NCBI GenBank assembly: GCA_047638515.1
Contig: JBLIME010000001.1
Coordinates: 1 to 38,480 of the forward strand
Origin: Pseudohongiellaceae bacterium
Lineage (GTDB): Bacteria; Pseudomonadota; Gammaproteobacteria; Pseudomonadales; Cellvibrionaceae
DNA: 38,480 nucleotides
Direction of reading: 5' to 3'
Shown here: positions 33,974 through 38,480 of the stretch, piece by piece
How positions within the stretch are numbered: the stretch's first letter is position 1
Layout: each line of letters starts with the position of its first letter
The notes under the pieces: generated by a model
Seen by the model: the letters and a program-made list of their open reading frames with translations, nothing else
Databases searched by the model: none
What the model was told of the DNA's origin: nothing
Program-made: the position numbers and the translations under genes

Positions 33974-36100
33974 TTAATTAGAGATTAGCGTGTCAGATAA
34001 AATTCTTGGTGTAATGAAGATTAACAACTCTTGTTTTTCATCACTACTCACTTTGCGTTTAAATAGTCGCCCAAGGTAGGGGATGTCGCCAAAAAACGGC
34101 ACTTTATCGACTGTATTAATACTGTTTTGTTGATAGATTCCACCTAAAACGATGGTTTGTCCATCGGCGACCAGCACCTGCGTAATGAGCTCAGTCGTGT
34201 CGATAATTGGCACGGTCTCAGCAGTTGATACTGCCGCACCCGCCACAGAGTCTTGAGTGATAATGAGATCCATGATGATACGATTATCTGGAGTTATTTG
34301 GGGCGTTACATCGAGACGCAATACCGCCTCCTCAAATTCTATAGAGACCTCACCGTCACTCGTTGTTTGATAGGGAATTGACTGGCCGGACTCGATACTC
34401 GCCTGTTGCTTATCGCCCGTTATCACCTTAGGTTGCGACACAATTTCAGCGGAACCATTGCTTTCAAAAGCTGACAGCTCTAAATCTAGCAACACATTCC
34501 TGTTCAAAAAGCTCAACGCTATAGTGCCCGCTGTATTTGGCGCGGCTAGACTAACAATGTTATTGTTGACAGAGTTTAATATATTAGCGGGCCCGTTGAG
34601 GGATGGGCTGAGCGAATCTAACGAACCTCCTATAGCAGTCAAACTACCTCCGTTTGCTGGGCCACCCCCATTTTCACTGACTCCACTACCACCCCACCGA
34701 ATGCCAATTTCTTTGCTGAAGGTGCTATTGGCAATAACGATTCTGGATTCAATCAACACCTGTCTAATCGGTACATCGAGCTTTTCAATCAAGGCTAAAA
34801 ATTCAGCAATTTTAGACTCGGTCTCGGTCAAAATTATCGAGTTGGTGCGCTCGTCGACAATAGCGGCACCACGGTTAGATAAAATACCAGCGGTACTTTT
34901 TGAACCTTCTGAACCTCTGTTACTAGGGTCGGTGCTGCCGGAAGAGCTGAATAACTCAAAGATATCACTCGCACTTGCATAGCGTATTCGAATAAATTCT
35001 GTCCGCAGCGGTGCCAGTTCTTCTAACTGGTTGCGAGTCTCGATCTCCTGACGCTCGCGCTCAGCTATCTCCGCGGCTGGAGCAACTAAAAGCACATTGC
35101 CGACTAAACGTTTATCCAAACTTTTAGACTTCAACACTAGCTCGAGAGCCTGGTCCCAAGGTACGTTATCTAGACGTAATGTGATATTGCCCTCAACGGT
35201 ATCACTTGCGACTAAGTTTAAGCCGGTTACATCCGCGATAATTTCTAATACCGCACGCACCTGAATATCCTGGAAGTTCAGGGATAGTTTTTCGCCCACA
35301 AATTTAAAGCGGTCTTGTCGGGCCGCAGCTTGAGTTGGCGTTAATGAGTTAACGGTAATAATATATTGATTATCGGCCTGGTAGGCCAAGTAGTCATACT
35401 CCCCGACCACATCAATCACAATCGTGGTGTTGTCGCCCTCACTGATTGACTCAATCGTTTTGACTGGCGTGGCGAAATCTAACACGTCGAGACGGCGCTG
35501 AAGATTTGTAGGAATATCAGTATCTGCAAAATTCACAATGATCCCGGAGGCACTTTCTTCAATATCAACAAGAATTTTAGCGTTAGAAATATTAAGCAAG
35601 ACAGTGCCGCCGCCATCTTCGGTGCGGCGGAAGTCAACCTTGGTAATGCGTCGCTCTGACTCATCGTTAAACGATTGCTTGTTAGTCACCGCACTCTCTT
35701 GGCGAACATAAGCTCTCTTGCCTGTAGAACTTTCTATCACCGCAATTAATATGTTGCCCTCTACCGAGGTCGAGTAGGTTGAAGGCGACTTCAAATTCAG
35801 AATAAAGCGGGTTTTGCTGCCTGCCTGAAGTACAACAGCACTTTGTGCATTGCCGAATGCCAGTGGGTATTTTTTTTTCGGCAAGCTACTGTCGACATCA
35901 TCAAAATCTAATACTATTCTCGCCGGCTGCTCAATAGCATAACCTTTGGGTTGCAATGGTGGTTCGGAAAAAGTAGCTCTCACTTCGATTCGATCTCCAG
36001 GCAACTCAGTAAACTGCAGATCATTTAAGGTAGTTGCAAAACCATTACTTGCGCCAAAGATTAAACTAAGTAAGAGGGTGAATGCACGGAAATATGCCAT
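33974..36100 (-). CDS. pilQ: Type IV pilus secretin PilQ
   Basis: Signal peptide, AMIN-like N-terminal repeats, and a secretin C-domain ending VPFFGDIPYLGRLFK. It follows pilMNOP. Confidence 0.95.
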   Translation of the reverse strand: MAYFRAFTLLLSLIFGASNGFATTLNDLQFTELPGDRIEVRATFSEPPLQPKGYAIEQPARIVLDFDDVDSSLPKKKYPLAFGNAQSAVVLQAGSKTRFILNLKSPSTYSTSVEGNILIAVIESSTGKRAYVRQESAVTNKQSFNDESERRITKVDFRRTEDGGGTVLLNISNAKILVDIEESASGIIVNFADTDIPTNLQRRLDVLDFATPVKTIESISEGDNTTIVIDVVGEYDYLAYQADNQYIITVNSLTPTQAAARQDRFKFVGEKLSLNFQDIQVRAVLEIIADVTGLNLVASDTVEGNITLRLDNVPWDQALELVLKSKSLDKRLVGNVLLVAPAAEIAERERQEIETRNQLEELAPLRTEFIRIRYASASDIFELFSSSGSTDPSNRGSEGSKSTAGILSNRGAAIVDERTNSIILTETESKIAEFLALIEKLDVPIRQVLIESRIVIANSTFSKEIGIRWGGSGVSENGGGPANGGSLTAIGGSLDSLSPSLNGPANILNSVNNNIVSLAAPNTAGTIALSFLNRNVLLDLELSAFESNGSAEIVSQPKVITGDKQQASIESGQSIPYQTTSDGEVSIEFEEAVLRLDVTPQITPDNRIIMDLIITQDSVAGAAVSTAETVPIIDTTELITQVLVADGQTIVLGGIYQQNSINTVDKVPFFGDIPYLGRLFKRKVSSDEKQELLIFITPRILSDTLISN

Positions 36101-36147
36101 AACTTTAATCCTTTAAAACACTTTATTCATTATTATTGATGCCGTCC

Positions 36148-36684
36148 TCAGTTGCCTTCCGAGGGTTTCAACTCTAATATATTAGGCCTCTCTAGCCAAC
36201 CCTCGCCGCTCGATACGATTTCAATTAGCTCAATACTTGACTCGGATAGATTCGTAATTTGGCCATGGTTTGAGCCCATATAATTTCCGGGCTGTATCCG
36301 CTCGATCGACCCATCTGGATCTCGTACCAAAGCCCACATCAAACCATTTTTTTGTAGCGTTCCCACCATAGCGAGGCTGGCCAGATCAAATTGCTCAAGA
36401 CGCTCTTTGGGTCTTGAAAAGTCCGGCTTAACGTTGCTTGAAGAAGTGATTAGCTGCTGCAGCTCAGCAGTCACAGGCCGATCAAACGGCCCCCGGAGAC
36501 GATAAGCATCGTAAATAAATGCATCATATGCCTGCAATTTTGGAGCCGCTTCTACTCGGCCTGGAGGACGCCGTTTATTTTCGGCAATAAAATCTTTTAA
36601 ATCTTGATTCGAATTAGATGAACTACAGCCACTTACAACACCTAATAAGATCAGAACAACAGATAACACTTTAAAATTAGGCAT
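36148..36684 (-). CDS. pilP: Type IV pilus assembly lipoprotein PilP
   Basis: Lipobox LLGVVSGC, appropriate size, and position between pilO and pilQ. Confidence 0.85.
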   Translation of the reverse strand: MPNFKVLSVVLILLGVVSGCSSSNSNQDLKDFIAENKRRPPGRVEAAPKLQAYDAFIYDAYRLRGPFDRPVTAELQQLITSSSNVKPDFSRPKERLEQFDLASLAMVGTLQKNGLMWALVRDPDGSIERIQPGNYMGSNHGQITNLSESSIELIEIVSSGEGWLERPNILELKPSEGN

Positions 36685-36686
36685 GA

Positions 36687-37304
36687 CTACTGTCCACCTT
36701 CGTCAAAAGATAAATAACGATAAGTTTTGGCTAGAACAACCATCTGCAGCGCTGACCCACTGACCTCAGTAACCGTGTAATCGTGGAGCGTCACTATTCG
36801 AGACATACCTGCAACGCTACTGATAAATGTTCCGAAGTTGTGATAAGTGCCTCGGGCAACAATCTCAATTGGCAGCTCGACATAAACATCACCCACTGAT
36901 TCAGGCTGGAGCTTAATACTTACAATTTCCAAACCACTATTGCGACCCTTCTCATCAATATCGTCTAGCAGTCCGGGCACCTGAGTTTTTTCGGGCAACT
37001 GCGATACTAGAAACTCAAAGTCTTTCTCCATGCGCGCCATTAGCTCTTTATACTGATCAAGCCTGGCCGCCTCGAGAGCTTTTCGTTGAAAGGTTTGTTT
37101 GAGGGTGACTTCTTCTGCAACCTGTCGCTCTAAACTTGTATAATTATCCTTAATCAAACTAAAGTAGGCACCTGCAACGATTGCCGCAATGGCTACAATC
37201 CATACAAAGGCACGCCCCGCTAAGGGCCAAACACCGATTCTGGACCAATCAATTTCATTGATATCGAGGTTGTTAAACTGCTCTATTGTATCTTGTAGCG
37301 CCAT
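36687..37304 (-). CDS. pilO: Type IV pilus assembly protein PilO
   Basis: Single N-terminal TM segment, a coiled coil, and conserved operon position. Confidence 0.85.
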   Translation of the reverse strand: MALQDTIEQFNNLDINEIDWSRIGVWPLAGRAFVWIVAIAAIVAGAYFSLIKDNYTSLERQVAEEVTLKQTFQRKALEAARLDQYKELMARMEKDFEFLVSQLPEKTQVPGLLDDIDEKGRNSGLEIVSIKLQPESVGDVYVELPIEIVARGTYHNFGTFISSVAGMSRIVTLHDYTVTEVSGSALQMVVLAKTYRYLSFDEGGQ

Positions 37305-37309
37305 AATAG

Positions 37310-37845
37310 TTACTTATCCACCTCTTTGCTTAGCGCTGTAGCTGCAACCGAAAGGTCAAACTTATCTGCGATCACAGTTTTCAAGTTGGGTGCTTCAAAC
37401 CAGTCAGACCGATCTAAATTTCGCATTAATGTCGACACTCTGTTGTTAGACTCGGTGATACCTTGGACTGAGAACTGGTCGCCTTTGCGATCGAGCTTAC
37501 TGAAATAAAGCCCTTCTGGCACTGCACGCGCAAACTCGTCAAAATAACGCACAACCAAAGGTCTGTTGAATTGTAAATCTTGGATAATGGTGATGCGCGT
37601 CTCTAATTGTTCGCGTCGTTTTCTTAAGCTGACGATTTCTTTGACTTTGTTTTCTAACTGAGCAATCTCAGTGGCCAATAGATTATTTCTTTGTTTCTGC
37701 GCATCGATTTGGGAGTCAGTATGATTGAACCACAGTAATGCAATTACACTGGCAACGATAGATGCTAGTATCAATATCGTGAAGAACTCACGCTTTTTGT
37801 CGTGACGGTACTCGTCACGCCACGGCAATAAATTAATATTTGACA

Positions 37846-37846
<1 letters not shown>
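37310..37846 (-). CDS. pilN: Type IV pilus assembly protein PilN
   Basis: N-terminal INLLPWR motif followed by a TM helix. Its start overlaps the pilM stop (TAATG). Confidence 0.88.

Positions 37847-38480
<634 letters not shown>

Noticed and set aside
34458-34982. 174-aa plus-strand ORF inside pilQ, and similar shadow ORFs inside the RIO gene, acs, panC, gltD, gltB, dxs, ubiJ, ubiB and the AAA/SPOR gene
   Set aside because: All lie antisense or out of frame within strongly supported conserved genes. Their composition is low-complexity or biased. They are typical shadow ORFs.

Overview
This window looks like core chromosome of a marine gammaproteobacterium, roughly 45-50% GC by eye. It is built from conserved housekeeping blocks. 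Left to right: a bacterial RIO-type kinase; orn with divergent rsgA; three poorly characterised genes (DUF2059, a 165-aa helical protein, an HDOD-like protein); psd; ubiE-ubiJ-ubiB; an smr-domain gene; acs; panC; a Na+-type stator operon pomA-pomB with a translationally coupled atypical PilZ gene; xseB-ispA-dxs; a siderophore-interacting reductase; gltB-gltD; and the block pilM(partial)NOPQ-aroK-aroB-AAA/SPOR. I found no transposase, integrase, cas, tRNA or rRNA genes and no recognisable defence island, so most of the window is ordinary. Signals the ORFs do not explain: (1) a minus-strand cluster of GGA-loop hairpins at about 318-468 that fits a Csr/Rsm-type sponge sRNA; (2) a 12-nt phased degenerate tandem array starting inside the psd 3' end, where each unit ends in an in-frame stop; (3) the PilZ-like gene fused to the pomAB operon; (4) several long ORF-free spacers (1-687, 11341-12584, 15244-15758, 16650-17391) at positions where synteny in model organisms predicts genes. 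All calls are by eye from sequence and translations. No searches were run.
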